From Desulfatiglandales bacterium (GTDB lineage: Bacteria > Desulfobacterota > DSM-4660 > Desulfatiglandales > Desulfatiglandaceae): 64,000 bases of DNA. The stretch spans positions 3,872,001 to 3,936,000 of the forward strand of contig OY762721.1 of the NCBI GenBank assembly GCA_963666345.1. Direction: 5' to 3'. This document shows positions 50,216 to 60,419 of this stretch, in pieces. The stretch's first letter is position 1; each line of letters opens with the position of its first letter. The translations under genes and the position numbers were made by a program. The notes under the pieces were generated by a model, which saw only the letters and a program-made list of their open reading frames with translations, was not told where the DNA came from and did no database searches.

Positions 50216-51424
50216 ATGCTTGATCAGGAAAGAAAAAATCAATTCGGCAGGATACTTGGCTACATTGCGGATTCACTTGATATTTCAGAAGCATGTTTTG
50301 AGGAGGCAGAGGAGAGATATCAGGCTGTTGGTAAATGGCTGGAGCGGGACGGATCCATCGTCGAAAAATATAATCCTGCCATCTATACCCAGGGCTCTTT
50401 TCGACTTGGTACGGTTATTAAGCCTATTACAGACGAGGAAAAATACGACATTGATCTCGTCTGCGAATTGAATCTTACTAAAAAACAGGTCAGTCAGAAA
50501 TTATTAAAGGACCTGGTAGGCATTGAAATCAAAGCCTATGCCCGTGCCAACAACATGAAGCATCCGGCCGAAGAAGCAAGAAGATGCTGGACCCTGAATT
50601 ATGCTGATGGGACTCAATTCCACATGGATATCCTTCCCTGCATTCCTGACAGCGCGGCCTTTAAATTGATACTCGAATCTCGGGGCGTTCCCCGCAGCAT
50701 ATCCGACCATGCAATTGCCATTACAGATAATACCCTGCCAAATTATGACTACCTTGATAAAAATTGGCTGAGAAGCAACCCAAAAGGTTACGCTGAATGG
50801 TTTAAAGAGCGCATGAAAATCCAGTTTGAAGCCAGGCGGATGATTGTGGCTAAATCAATCAGCGCCAAAGCTGAAGATGTTCCTGATTATAAAGTTAAAA
50901 CAACACTGCAGAGGGCTGTCCAGATCCTTAAGCGGCATCGTGACATAATGTTTGAAAAGACACCGGATGATAAGCCGATCTCCATGATTATCACAACACT
51001 TGCGGCCCACACATATAATAATGAGGCCGATCTTTTTGATGCGCTTTCTTCGATTATTGATGGTATGCCCAATTACATATTAGAGAAAGGTGGAAATGCA
51101 TGGATTCCCAATCCGGTGAACCCCGACGAAAATTTTGCGGATAAATGGAAGGAAGATCCCAAAAAGGAATTAAATTTTAGAAGATGGCTTGACCGGGTAG
51201 AAAAAGATCTGGTATCCGCATTCAATAAAATAGGGATTCATAGGGTGGCGGATAGATTAAAGCCGGTATTCGGAGATCGAACAGTAAATGAAGCAATGAA
51301 AAGAATGGGTCATGATTTTCGATCAAAACGCGAATCAGGTCTACTCAGTATGGCAGCGGGGACGGGGATTCTTGGTAATATGGGCGCCACATCAGTCAGG
51401 GACCACACATTCTATGGCAAGTAA
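50216..51424 (+). CDS. CBASS cGAS/DncV-like nucleotidyltransferase (CD-NTase)
   Basis: QGSFRLGT, YDIDLVC, FHMDILP, SNPKGYAEWF, KRHRD, NPVNPDENFADKW, C-terminal HTFYGK. Confidence 0.92.
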   Translation: MLDQERKNQFGRILGYIADSLDISEACFEEAEERYQAVGKWLERDGSIVEKYNPAIYTQGSFRLGTVIKPITDEEKYDIDLVCELNLTKKQVSQKLLKDLVGIEIKAYARANNMKHPAEEARRCWTLNYADGTQFHMDILPCIPDSAAFKLILESRGVPRSISDHAIAITDNTLPNYDYLDKNWLRSNPKGYAEWFKERMKIQFEARRMIVAKSISAKAEDVPDYKVKTTLQRAVQILKRHRDIMFEKTPDDKPISMIITTLAAHTYNNEADLFDALSSIIDGMPNYILEKGGNAWIPNPVNPDENFADKWKEDPKKELNFRRWLDRVEKDLVSAFNKIGIHRVADRLKPVFGDRTVNEAMKRMGHDFRSKRESGLLSMAAGTGILGNMGATSVRDHTFYGK

Positions 51425-51833
51425 GATCGGGAATAAAAAAATCAACCTTGCCGTTCAGTTACATCACCTGAAAAGGTTATTTCCCCGGTCACATGTCCGG
51501 ATTCAACGTAATTGCCTGGTTTGGCATGGTGATTTGATGCCAACGGTACTTAGTCAAGCATACACAGTCAGATTGAGCTATAAGCTTGCCAAGTCCCCTC
51601 AAGTTAATGTCCTGAAGCCTGAATTAATTATTCCTGAAGGCAAAAGGCTCCCTCATACCTACCCTGGAAAGAGTCTTTGTCTATATTATCCAGGAATAGA
51701 TGATTGGCGCGGGGATATGCTTCTTGCTGAAACAGTCATTCCCTGGATTTCAGAATGGCTTTATTTTTATGAAATCTGGCTTGTCACCGGCGAATGGTAT
51801 GGTGGAGGTATACATCCCAAAAAGCAGTTTTGA
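51414..51833 (+). CDS. Stand-alone prokaryotic E2 (short type II CBASS Cap2-like)
   Basis: LPHTY....LCLYYP catalytic-Cys motif, IPWISEWLYFYEIWL.TGEW.GGG.HP; overlaps the CD-NTase stop. Confidence 0.85.
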   Translation: MASKIGNKKINLAVQLHHLKRLFPRSHVRIQRNCLVWHGDLMPTVLSQAYTVRLSYKLAKSPQVNVLKPELIIPEGKRLPHTYPGKSLCLYYPGIDDWRGDMLLAETVIPWISEWLYFYEIWLVTGEWYGGGIHPKKQF

Positions 51834-52401
51834 ATATCAGCAGATTGTTTAGGTTTTGTCCTGTTTAATGGCTTTATATTGCGAATACAATTTGACCATC
51901 AATGCTGACATCGTAAAGGAATAACAGCTTCTATGCCGAATCTCGAATTATGGGTCGGACCACGGACCACGGCAACTGATAGAAAATAAAAGATAAAAGG
52001 CCAAAATTATAGCTGACCAGGGCTTAAAAGGCCATTTTTGATACCGAAATGAACCTTCTAAAAATCGTGAGAAAGCCGTTACAGGTCACATCGCGGTAAC
52101 TGAAAATGATTGGTAAACTCCATAAGGGGAGATATGGGCAGACTCATCTGTATTCTGCCGGGGGGCAAACGGAGCTTTCCGGCCGCTGATGCAATGCCAG
52201 AGTGGTCTGCAGGTAGTGCGGAATGGAAGCGAAAGCCGGATGATTACCGGGATCAGATCGAGGAGCGATTGGTGATTGGGGGGGGGGGGGGAGCAGCTAT
52301 CAAAGGGAAATATTTCCCTCATTAATTTGATTAAAAAAATGAGTAAAATCACCTATAATCTACTTTACTCATGAGTAAAATCGTGTTATGTCTATTTTAC
52401 C

Positions 52402-53541
52402 ATGGCGAAAATCAAGGCACGGTACCTAAAAAAACCGGTAAAAGAAGACCTAAAAAGCAAGATGGTTTTTGTCGGTGGCCCCAGACAGATTGGAAAGACG
52501 ACTTTTGCCTTGACCTTTCTGCCCAAAGCCTCTGAAAAGCATCCAGCCTACCTCAATTGGGATGACATATCCATTAGAAGTGGCCTTTTAAAGGGTGAAT
52601 TGCCCGGAAGACAAAAGTTGTTAATTTTTGATGAGATTCATAAATTTGCAGGATGGCGAGGCCTGGTTAAAGGCTTCTATGATACAAACAAGTCCGAGTT
52701 GTCATTTATCGTTACGGGTTCCGCGAGGCTGGATTATTACAAAAAGGGTGGGGATTCCCTTCAGGGAAGGTACCATTATTACAGACTCCATCCCTTTTCA
52801 ATGACTGAGTTAAATACAAATCCAACGATTAATGATTTTAATCTTTTACTGAAATTCGGAGGGTTCCCTGAGCCTTGTTTGCGAGGGGAAGAGAGATTCT
52901 GGAGGAGGTGGCAGAGGGAGAGACTTCAAAGGGTAATTTATGATGACATCAGGGATCTGGAAAATGTCAAGGAAATAAGTCTTCTCGAACTTCTGGCGGG
53001 GGAACTTCCAAACAGGGTTGGCGCACCCCTCTCAGTTAAAAATTTAAAAGAACTTCTACAGGTCGCTCATGAAACTGTTGATCGGTGGATAAATATATTT
53101 GAAAGGATGTATTACTGTTTTCGTATCCCTCCCTATGGCACCAAGAGGATCCGAGCCGTAAAAAAAGAACAAAAGTTATATCTGTGGGACTGGTCCATCA
53201 TATCGGATTCAGGCCCCAGATTTGAAAACTTTGTTGCATCTCATCTATTGAAATACTGTCATTTTATGGAAGACACTCAGGGATTTGAGATGGATCTGAG
53301 ATTTCTGCGTGACACGGATAAAAGGGAGATAGATTTTGTGGTACTTAAAGACAAAAAGCCTTTATTCGCGGTTGAATGCAAGACCGGCGAAAAAAATATA
53401 AATCCTTCCATGTTTTACTTTATGGAAAGGACACAAATCCCAAAATTTTTCCAGGTGCATACCGGAACGCGGGATTATGAAAAAAAGGGAGTAAGGGTAA
53501 TCCCTTTTAGAAAGCTTATGAGAGAACTTTCCTTACCATAA
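52402..53541 (+). CDS. AAA_14 ATPase with DUF4143 domain
   Basis: GPRQIGKTT, FDEIH, TGSA, SLQGR, GGFPE, KLYLWD, REIDFV...AVECK. Confidence 0.9.
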   Translation: MAKIKARYLKKPVKEDLKSKMVFVGGPRQIGKTTFALTFLPKASEKHPAYLNWDDISIRSGLLKGELPGRQKLLIFDEIHKFAGWRGLVKGFYDTNKSELSFIVTGSARLDYYKKGGDSLQGRYHYYRLHPFSMTELNTNPTINDFNLLLKFGGFPEPCLRGEERFWRRWQRERLQRVIYDDIRDLENVKEISLLELLAGELPNRVGAPLSVKNLKELLQVAHETVDRWINIFERMYYCFRIPPYGTKRIRAVKKEQKLYLWDWSIISDSGPRFENFVASHLLKYCHFMEDTQGFEMDLRFLRDTDKREIDFVVLKDKKPLFAVECKTGEKNINPSMFYFMERTQIPKFFQVHTGTRDYEKKGVRVIPFRKLMRELSLP

Positions 53542-53668
53542 ATCAGCGAACCGGAGGCGGTACCAAATATATAAGATAGAGGGATGAGGATTTCCTACTG
53601 GCATGGTTTGGGGAAGAAAACTACCGCAAGCAGTTTACAGATGCCCTGAAAAATTATAAGGAGGCTCT

Positions 53669-53887
53669 ATGAAGGATATCATCGTTCAATGCACGTGCGG
53701 GCGGAAATGCCGGGTTGATGCCTCGGATGGATCCACCTGGCGATGCCCAGAGTGTGGAAAAATCGTCAGCCTTCCCAGCAAGGAGAAGGACCCTGCCCGG
53801 AGGGACAGCATGGAAAGCTTTGTGGATGCAACTTTTGAGCTTTTAAACGAGGTAGACGGGGCTTTTCCCACGTCCGGTGCTCGGTGA
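53669..53887 (+). CDS. 72-aa Zn-ribbon microprotein, copy 2
   Basis: 69/72 aa identical to 25124-25342; same RBS. Confidence 0.75.
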   Translation: MKDIIVQCTCGRKCRVDASDGSTWRCPECGKIVSLPSKEKDPARRDSMESFVDATFELLNEVDGAFPTSGAR

Positions 53888-53947
53888 TTACCAGGCGCTG
53901 GATTTAGAGGAAGACAGCCGGTTGCCTGACGTCACCCACTTTTTATT

Positions 53948-54142
53948 TCAGGCTGTTTGCAGTTTATGTCCCGACTGTATATTGCTTGAAAAGCGCTTTA
54001 TCTTTTCACCCGGCCTTCGGCGGATAATATTGCCGGTACCTGATTGAGGTATCTGCTGCTTTTGTTCATCTTTGGTTTGATCCAGCTTATTAAGCATCTT
54101 CTTAAGTTGTGCTTCCAATTCATTCCTTGTATCTTCGTTCAT
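53948..54142 (-). CDS. Small hypothetical protein
   Basis: AAGGAG RBS; 64 aa. Confidence 0.5.
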   Translation of the reverse strand: MNEDTRNELEAQLKKMLNKLDQTKDEQKQQIPQSGTGNIIRRRPGEKIKRFSSNIQSGHKLQTA

Positions 54143-54744
54143 TACTGCTCCTTATTTCCTTCAATATTAAGTATTTCGAGATTTGCATCTCTGAATTTTG
54201 TCCATCTCATTACGGAGAGAGATCCGCGCAGGGGCGAGTGATAATGTCACTCCGATTCGTGCGCGCAAGCAACATATAGAGTTTTGAGAGTTCTATGTCT
54301 GAATTGTCTCTAGGTTAAAATGAAAAGTATAATGAGAGAAAGTCTCGATTATTCCTTACTATAAACTAATCAATCATTGGTGAAAATCAAGCCCTTTTCC
54401 GAGAGCTTATATCCGAAGGCCGATAAAATCTTTTCCTCCGGTCTAAAACCTGTCAATAGTCAATGGGGAAGCCCCCTGATATCTCACCGGTTTGCCTACA
54501 ACCGGAGAGCACCCCATGGGCTTTTCCATGGAACAGGAAAACAACCCGGAAAGAAACTATCTTTTTTTCACCATAAACGCAAGGAAATATTCTCAGTTGT
54601 TTTTCCTACTACCACCCACTGCGATATTTATATGTAATGATCTTGAGTTAGCCCTAATAAATTGCTATATATAAGATTGGGTCATCTCCAAAAGAGTTGG
54701 TCTAAATGAAGGATTGGAGGGGTCAAGGGGCCGCGGGTTCGAGT

Positions 54745-55110
54745 GAAAAGCTTAAAGATCATAGGAAGTTAAACGTTCGGCAAAAATTGTATACACCTTG
54801 TTTGCATATGGATAAAGGAGTTAAACGTTTTTTTAAAGATGAGCAATACTATTTTACCTCCCGAATCAGAAGATCCGCTGTTTTCATATCAAGGGATACC
54901 GCCTGAGGGTATGGGAAAAAAACGGCTATAGAGTATATGCAATTTTTCTTTATTGCATATGGTTCAGACTGTGAATTGGAAACCCGGGACATGACATCAG
55001 CTGGCCTGGGTTATTTGAAAGAAGAGCGGCTTCAGAGATTAAGAAGGGAAATAAGGGGTGTCGGGGCAATGTCCAAAGCGATGATCAAATCCCTGGAAAG
55101 AAAACCCTTG
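54745..55110 (+). pseudogene. Four-helix-bundle (23S-IVS protein family) pseudogene
   Basis: LKDHRKLNV.QK...FFKDEQYYFTSRIRRSAV..S...A*GYG...EYMQFFFIAYGS.CELET; TGA at 54904-54906 at the AEG position; several degenerate residues. Confidence 0.65.
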
Positions 55111-55311
55111 AAACCGGGAACCCGCCCTGAGCTGGCCGAAGGGTGGGACTGCGCGAAGCGTAAGCGAAGCAAAGAATCCTTGACTCCTTGACTCCTTGGC
55201 CCCTCTTAGACAACTAAGTTGGAGAATAACCATCAATTTCAATAGATGAGATGTCTTTAATGGAGAAATATTTGATCAGCCTTTGATAGAAGTAGAAGGG
55301 AATCGCTAAAA

Positions 55312-55683
55312 ATGAAGCAGGAAAAGGGGATGAAGGGCCTGATCGGTCTTGCAGTGGAATCCTTGGGAGTGGCGGTGACCATTATTGATACAAAGGGAAT
55401 CCTTCTTTATTACAATGAAAAGGCGGCGCAGATCCTGGACCGCAGGCCTGAATACATCGGAAAGGATGTCTATTCACACCACAAGAAGGCGGCTTCCAGC
55501 AAGAAACTTGAAACGATGATTCAAGCGTTCAGTAAAGGCAGGAGGGAGCCCTTTCACTATAAAGCCAGGCCGTATGGAAAAGACATTCTTGTTACTCTTT
55601 CACCGATTTTAGAAAATGACGAATTCATCGGTTGCGCTCAAATTGTGCATCTTAAAGAGGATCTTGAGTCCAATTTTTCATAG
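55312..55683 (+). CDS. Stand-alone PAS-domain protein
   Basis: VTIIDTKGILLYYNEKAAQIL......IGKDV...H. Confidence 0.85.
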   Translation: MKQEKGMKGLIGLAVESLGVAVTIIDTKGILLYYNEKAAQILDRRPEYIGKDVYSHHKKAASSKKLETMIQAFSKGRREPFHYKARPYGKDILVTLSPILENDEFIGCAQIVHLKEDLESNFS

Positions 55684-55847
55684 GGAAACGGATCTGTCAG
55701 CAGCAGGGTTATTATATGTCTGAATAAAGATTCGAGATAAGGTCAAAAAGATGCCCTGTATGTTGCCCTGTTTGATTCCGGACGGGTGGTTACCGCCTGC
55801 TGTTAATGACGGGATCGAGGAGGTTGATCCCTGAAAGGAGGATAAAC

Positions 55848-56369
55848 ATGAAAGGATGGACTGAAGAAGAGATCGGAAACAGGGACCTGATGGCGCCGTG
55901 CGGAATGTACTGTGGTGCCTGCGCGATTTACATGGCGACAAGGGATGGAAACGAGAAGCTGAAGGGTATTCTCAGTAAGATATATGGAACCGGGCCTGAG
56001 GAGATAGAATGCTACGGATGCATGCAGGTCGACCCGCCTGAGAAGCTTTTCAGCTTGTGTGAAAAATGTGATATAAGGCAGTGCATAAGGTCCAAAGGGT
56101 ATTATTCCTGTCACCAGTGCGGCGAATGGCCATGCGCCCTGGTGGAGAACTTCCCGTATGCTACAGGCGTAAGGGTTATGAAAAGGGCAATTCCCGACAG
56201 GCTTGCCAAAGAGGCCGAACTTGGATATGAGAAGGGGGCGGTGGAATGGGCACGATCGGAATGTGAAAGATATCATTGCCCGGCTTGCGGCGAACCGCTG
56301 TTCAGGGGCGCGCAACAGTGCAGGAAGTGCAAAAGATCAGTGGCTGATGAACTTGACGGGTCGCTTTAG
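55848..56369 (+). CDS. DUF3795-family Cys-rich protein
   Basis: APCGMYCGAC, CYGC, CDIRQC, CHQC.EWPC; AGGAGG RBS. Confidence 0.8.
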   Translation: MKGWTEEEIGNRDLMAPCGMYCGACAIYMATRDGNEKLKGILSKIYGTGPEEIECYGCMQVDPPEKLFSLCEKCDIRQCIRSKGYYSCHQCGEWPCALVENFPYATGVRVMKRAIPDRLAKEAELGYEKGAVEWARSECERYHCPACGEPLFRGAQQCRKCKRSVADELDGSL

Positions 56370-56587
56370 AGTAAAATACGGGAAGAGCCGCCAATGGGTT
56401 TTCCCTTATGAAATATCGTTCATTGCCCGATAGCTCCTGAGCGGACATGGAAAAAGTGGTATTTAAAAACTTCGGACCGTATGGGCTTTTCCATTGACCC
56501 AGTTACTGTGAACCGGTAAAATTAATTGTAAACATGGGGCCGTGTCCGGAACCAATCCGGGGACGGCATCTTTTTTTGAGGAAAAAC

Positions 56588-57781
56588 ATGAGTAACGATT
56601 CATCAATCAAATCAACGGACTCCCGTTTTAATTACAAGGTTATCTTCGCCCTTTTCCTGGTGCATTTCCTGGGTGATTTCTACATGTCGTTTATCAGCCC
56701 GCTGCTTCCCGTGCTGGCGGAAACCTATTCTCTCACCCTCACCCAGGTGGGCATGATCACCGGCACCAGCATGTTGATGGCCTTCATTGTCCAGCCTTCG
56801 GTGGGTTACCTGGCCGACCGCTACAGGACCAGGGTCTTTGTGCTGGGAGGGCCTCTTCTTACGGCTGTTTTCATACCCCTGTTCGGGTGGGCCGGAGGAT
56901 TCATAACCATACTGGCCTTCACCGTTCTGGGTTCCATCGGTCAGTCCATGTTCCACCCCCCGGCCGCCGGCATGGTCCCATCTTACGCGGGCCGCCGTCT
57001 GGGTTTTTCCATGGCCCTGTTTATTCTTGGCGGGACCATCGCGTTTGCCGCCGGACCTGTCTTTGTCACCTGGTATGTGAGCCGGTTTGAACTGGTCAAT
57101 CTGCCGTACGTGGGTCTGGCCGGGGCAGGGCTGGTAAGTATACTGTTTCTGATCGTGCCCAGGCCTGAAGGGGAGGGGTTGAAAAAGCTGGGGTTCCGGG
57201 GGGCCGTAAAGGACGCGCTCGGCCCGGTCTGGAAGCCCCTTCTGATAATCTGGCTCATTATCGTATTCAGGGTATACGTGGTTCAGTCGATCATGACCTT
57301 TATGCCGATCATGCTCAAGGCGGAGGGCTGCTCTCTTATAACCGTGGGAGGTATAATCTCATCCTTTGTGGTGGGAGGATCACTCAGCAGCCTGGCGGCC
57401 GGATGGCTGGCCGACCGGGTGGGCTACAAACCGGTCTTTCTGGCGGGGTATCTGCTTGCAACTCCCAGCCTGTACCTGTTTTTGCATCTGCAGGGATCAA
57501 TGATCCTGGCAGGGGCCTTTGTTGCGGGATTTTTCACCCTGGCCACCATGCCCCTTGCAACCGCCATGGCCCAGACCTTTGTGAAGCGGGGAAAATCTCT
57601 TGTAGCAAGCCTGACCATGGGCCTGGCCTTTGGGACGGGCGGAATCCTCTCGCCCTTTACAGGCAGGATGGCCGAGATCTTCGGAATCCGCCCGGTCTTG
57701 GGGGTGGTGATTTTGGTGCCGCTGGCCGCCACCGTGCTGATACTGTTTCTACCCAGGCCCGAGGACTTTAACAACGAATAG
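56588..57781 (+). CDS. MFS transporter (Fsr-like)
   Basis: HFLGDFY, QP.VGYLADR, FHP, GWLADRVG; 12 TM pattern. Confidence 0.9.
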   Translation: MSNDSSIKSTDSRFNYKVIFALFLVHFLGDFYMSFISPLLPVLAETYSLTLTQVGMITGTSMLMAFIVQPSVGYLADRYRTRVFVLGGPLLTAVFIPLFGWAGGFITILAFTVLGSIGQSMFHPPAAGMVPSYAGRRLGFSMALFILGGTIAFAAGPVFVTWYVSRFELVNLPYVGLAGAGLVSILFLIVPRPEGEGLKKLGFRGAVKDALGPVWKPLLIIWLIIVFRVYVVQSIMTFMPIMLKAEGCSLITVGGIISSFVVGGSLSSLAAGWLADRVGYKPVFLAGYLLATPSLYLFLHLQGSMILAGAFVAGFFTLATMPLATAMAQTFVKRGKSLVASLTMGLAFGTGGILSPFTGRMAEIFGIRPVLGVVILVPLAATVLILFLPRPEDFNNE

Positions 57782-57851
57782 TATTGATTCATTAGGCGGC
57801 CGGAGTGAAATCCGTTGCTGATCATTTTGAATCCAACCGCCTTGCGCCGCT

Positions 57852-58694
57852 TCAGGCCGCGATCAGGGCGAGTGCGGCGATCGCCGCGGCAACTCCCGCC
57901 CACTGCTGGGGGAGCAGCTTTTCCTTCAGTATGAGCCAGGCCAGGAGCACGGTTGAACCGGGATAGAGGGAAGAAAGCACCGCTGATACGTCCAGGCGGC
58001 CGATATGGGCGGCAAGGGCGAAAAAGGCGTTGCCGGCGGCATCCAGGATGCCTGCCAGGACAATGAAAGGGACCTGCCTTTTTGAGGGTGCCCCTATCTT
58101 ACGGGTTGTAACAAGAATCGCAGATATAAGGATTATGGATGCGATCCTGGCCGCCACGAGCGGCCACAGGATTGACAGTGTGCTCGCCTGATCCATAAAG
58201 ATAAAAAATAACCCGAAGCAGACCCCTGCCGTAAGCGAAAGACGGAGTTCCTCCCCTTTTATTTTCAAGCCCCTGCCGGGATAAGAAAGAAGCCATACCG
58301 AAACAATAGCCACCGCGAATCCTGAAACCTGCGGGAGGCGTGGCAGCCCTTCAAAAAGAAAGGAAAATGTCATGGGCAGGAGTGCCGTTATCACGGCTGA
58401 AAGGGGTGCCACTATCCCCATCCGACCCAGGGCCAGACCCTTATACAGCGCGGTTAATCCAAGGACACCCGAGATGCCTGCCATGGCCCCGAAGATGAGA
58501 TGTCGAACCTCCGGGACCTGCTCAGCGAAGAAAAGGGCAAGTGAGAAGAGAAGCAGGGCGCCCAGAAGCTGGGAAAGGAGGATAACCATCAGGACCTTAC
58601 CCCGCTTTGTAGCAAAACCGCCGCTGAAATCACCCGCCCCCCATGTCAGCGCGGAGGCAAGGCCGTATGTGATTGCAAGTGTTTCATTGGTCAT
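57852..58694 (-). CDS. DMT/EamA-family transporter
   Basis: WGAGDF.GG, MGIVAPLS, LSSLYP, LKEKL. Confidence 0.88.
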   Translation of the reverse strand: MTNETLAITYGLASALTWGAGDFSGGFATKRGKVLMVILLSQLLGALLLFSLALFFAEQVPEVRHLIFGAMAGISGVLGLTALYKGLALGRMGIVAPLSAVITALLPMTFSFLFEGLPRLPQVSGFAVAIVSVWLLSYPGRGLKIKGEELRLSLTAGVCFGLFFIFMDQASTLSILWPLVAARIASIILISAILVTTRKIGAPSKRQVPFIVLAGILDAAGNAFFALAAHIGRLDVSAVLSSLYPGSTVLLAWLILKEKLLPQQWAGVAAAIAALALIAA

Positions 58695-58904
58695 GATTCA
58701 TTCCGCTGTAAATCGATTTATCAGCCTTTACCCGATTATCCTGGAGGCTGCCACAGTGATGACGGGGTGAACCACACCCCCGGGCGTTTTAATTTGAGGG
58801 CTGGTCAGATTCAGAAAAAATCAGCTCAACATACCCCGCTGCGTGCAGCGGGGGGCTTCATCGGGTTTGACCATCCCCGCCCGAAAAAAGTATTAATCAA
58901 AGAC

Positions 58905-60419
58905 TCATGGAATGAACAGGTCCTTTGAAGAGAAATTGGGGTCGCTTGTCAGGTTGACTCCAAGGCGCCTCAGGCCGCCTTCATCGCCCGGGGTAGGGAT
59001 GTGCGTCATGTGGACCTCGCAACCCTGGAGATCTTTCAGCTTCTCCATGGCAAGCTGGGCCGCCGGGTTTGCCGTAGCGCTTATGCTGAGAGCTATGAGC
59101 GCTTCTTCAAGGTCGAGACTCAGGGTCTTTTCGTTTAGGATCTCCGTCTTGAGATCCCTTATGGAGTCGATAATATAAGGGGGCAGCAGCTTTATCTTGG
59201 CCGGGATCTCTGCCAGGTGCTTTACGGCGTGAATAATGAGGCTCGATGCCGCATGCATGTGAGGCGAGTTGCTGCCCGTAATAATGGATCCGTCTTTAAG
59301 CTCCAGGGCGGCACCGCAATAGATCCCCTCGTTTCCTTTTTCAGCTTCCCTTGCCTCCACTGAGGCCTTGCGGGCCGGTTCGACCACACGCCTGTATTCC
59401 GGTGTGAGGTTGAAATCCTTGATAAAAAGCTCCACCCTCTGGACCGTTTCCCTGTCGGTGAAACCCATGACATATTCACAGCGGTATCTGAAATAACGCC
59501 TGATGATTTCCTGCTTGGCAGCCTCCATCGTGATTCCATCATCCGTAATGGCGAATCCAACCCGGTTGACGCCCATGTCCGTGGGTGATTTATAAAAGAC
59601 CTCTCCATTCATTATCCTTTTAAGTATCCTCTTAACAACGGGAAAGACCTCCACATCGCGATTGTAATTAATCGCCTTCAGATCATATGCCTCCAGGTGA
59701 AAGGGATCTATGAGATTAAAATCCCTGATATCGGCTGTTGCGGCCTCGTAGGCCACGTTGACCGGATGCTTGAGCGGGAGATTCCATATGGGGAAGGTCT
59801 CAAACTTGGCATAGCCTGATTTTTTTCCTCTTTTGTGTTCATGGTATAATTGAGAAAGGCAGGTGGCCAGCTTGCCGCTGCCGGGGCCGGGACCAGTCAC
59901 GATAACCAGGGGGTTTTCCGTTTCAATATAATCGTTGGCCCCGTAGCCTTCATCACTGGCGATCAGCTCGACATCGGTGGGATAACCCTTTGTGAATCGA
60001 TGTGTATAGACCTTGATGTTATTTCTTTCCAGTTTATTTTTGAACATCTTGGCGGCCGGCTGGTTATCAAAGCGTGTTATGACCACTCCCAGCACATTTA
60101 TATCCCAGCTCCTGAGGTCATCGATCAGTTTGAGGGCGTCCGAATCATATGTTATGCCGAAATCGGCTCTTATCTTTTTCCTCTCGATATCTCCGGCATA
60201 GATGCACAGGAGTATATCCGCCTTGTCTTTAAGCTGCTGCAGGAGTTTCATCTTAATGTTGGGATTGTACCCTGGCAGTACCCTGGAGGCATGATAATCA
60301 TAAAGGAGCTTTCCGCCGAACTCGAGGTAAAGCTTGTTATCGAATCTTTCAACCCTTTTGAGGATCTCTTCGGTCTGTTCGCTTATGTATTTGTCGTTGT
60401 CAAAAACGTTTCTATTCAC
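58905..60419 (-). CDS. DUF1846 (UPF0371) family protein
   Basis: LYLEFGGKL, GPGSGKLATCLSQ, YAKFETFP.WN, SPTDMGVN. Confidence 0.9.
   Translation of the reverse strand: MNRNVFDNDKYISEQTEEILKRVERFDNKLYLEFGGKLLYDYHASRVLPGYNPNIKMKLLQQLKDKADILLCIYAGDIERKKIRADFGITYDSDALKLIDDLRSWDINVLGVVITRFDNQPAAKMFKNKLERNNIKVYTHRFTKGYPTDVELIASDEGYGANDYIETENPLVIVTGPGPGSGKLATCLSQLYHEHKRGKKSGYAKFETFPIWNLPLKHPVNVAYEAATADIRDFNLIDPFHLEAYDLKAINYNRDVEVFPVVKRILKRIMNGEVFYKSPTDMGVNRVGFAITDDGITMEAAKQEIIRRYFRYRCEYVMGFTDRETVQRVELFIKDFNLTPEYRRVVEPARKASVEAREAEKGNEGIYCGAALELKDGSIITGSNSPHMHAASSLIIHAVKHLAEIPAKIKLLPPYIIDSIRDLKTEILNEKTLSLDLEEALIALSISATANPAAQLAMEKLKDLQGCEVHMTHIPTPGDEGGLRRLGVNLTSDPNFSSKDLFIP

Noticed and set aside
54430..54520. 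c-di-GMP-I riboswitch (CCTCCGGTCTAA)
   Set aside because: The upstream GCAAA/GAAA tetraloop elements are absent.
54904..54906. TGA in four-helix-bundle gene as selenocysteine
   Set aside because: The position corresponds to the conserved Glu of AEG, not Cys, and the gene is degenerate elsewhere.
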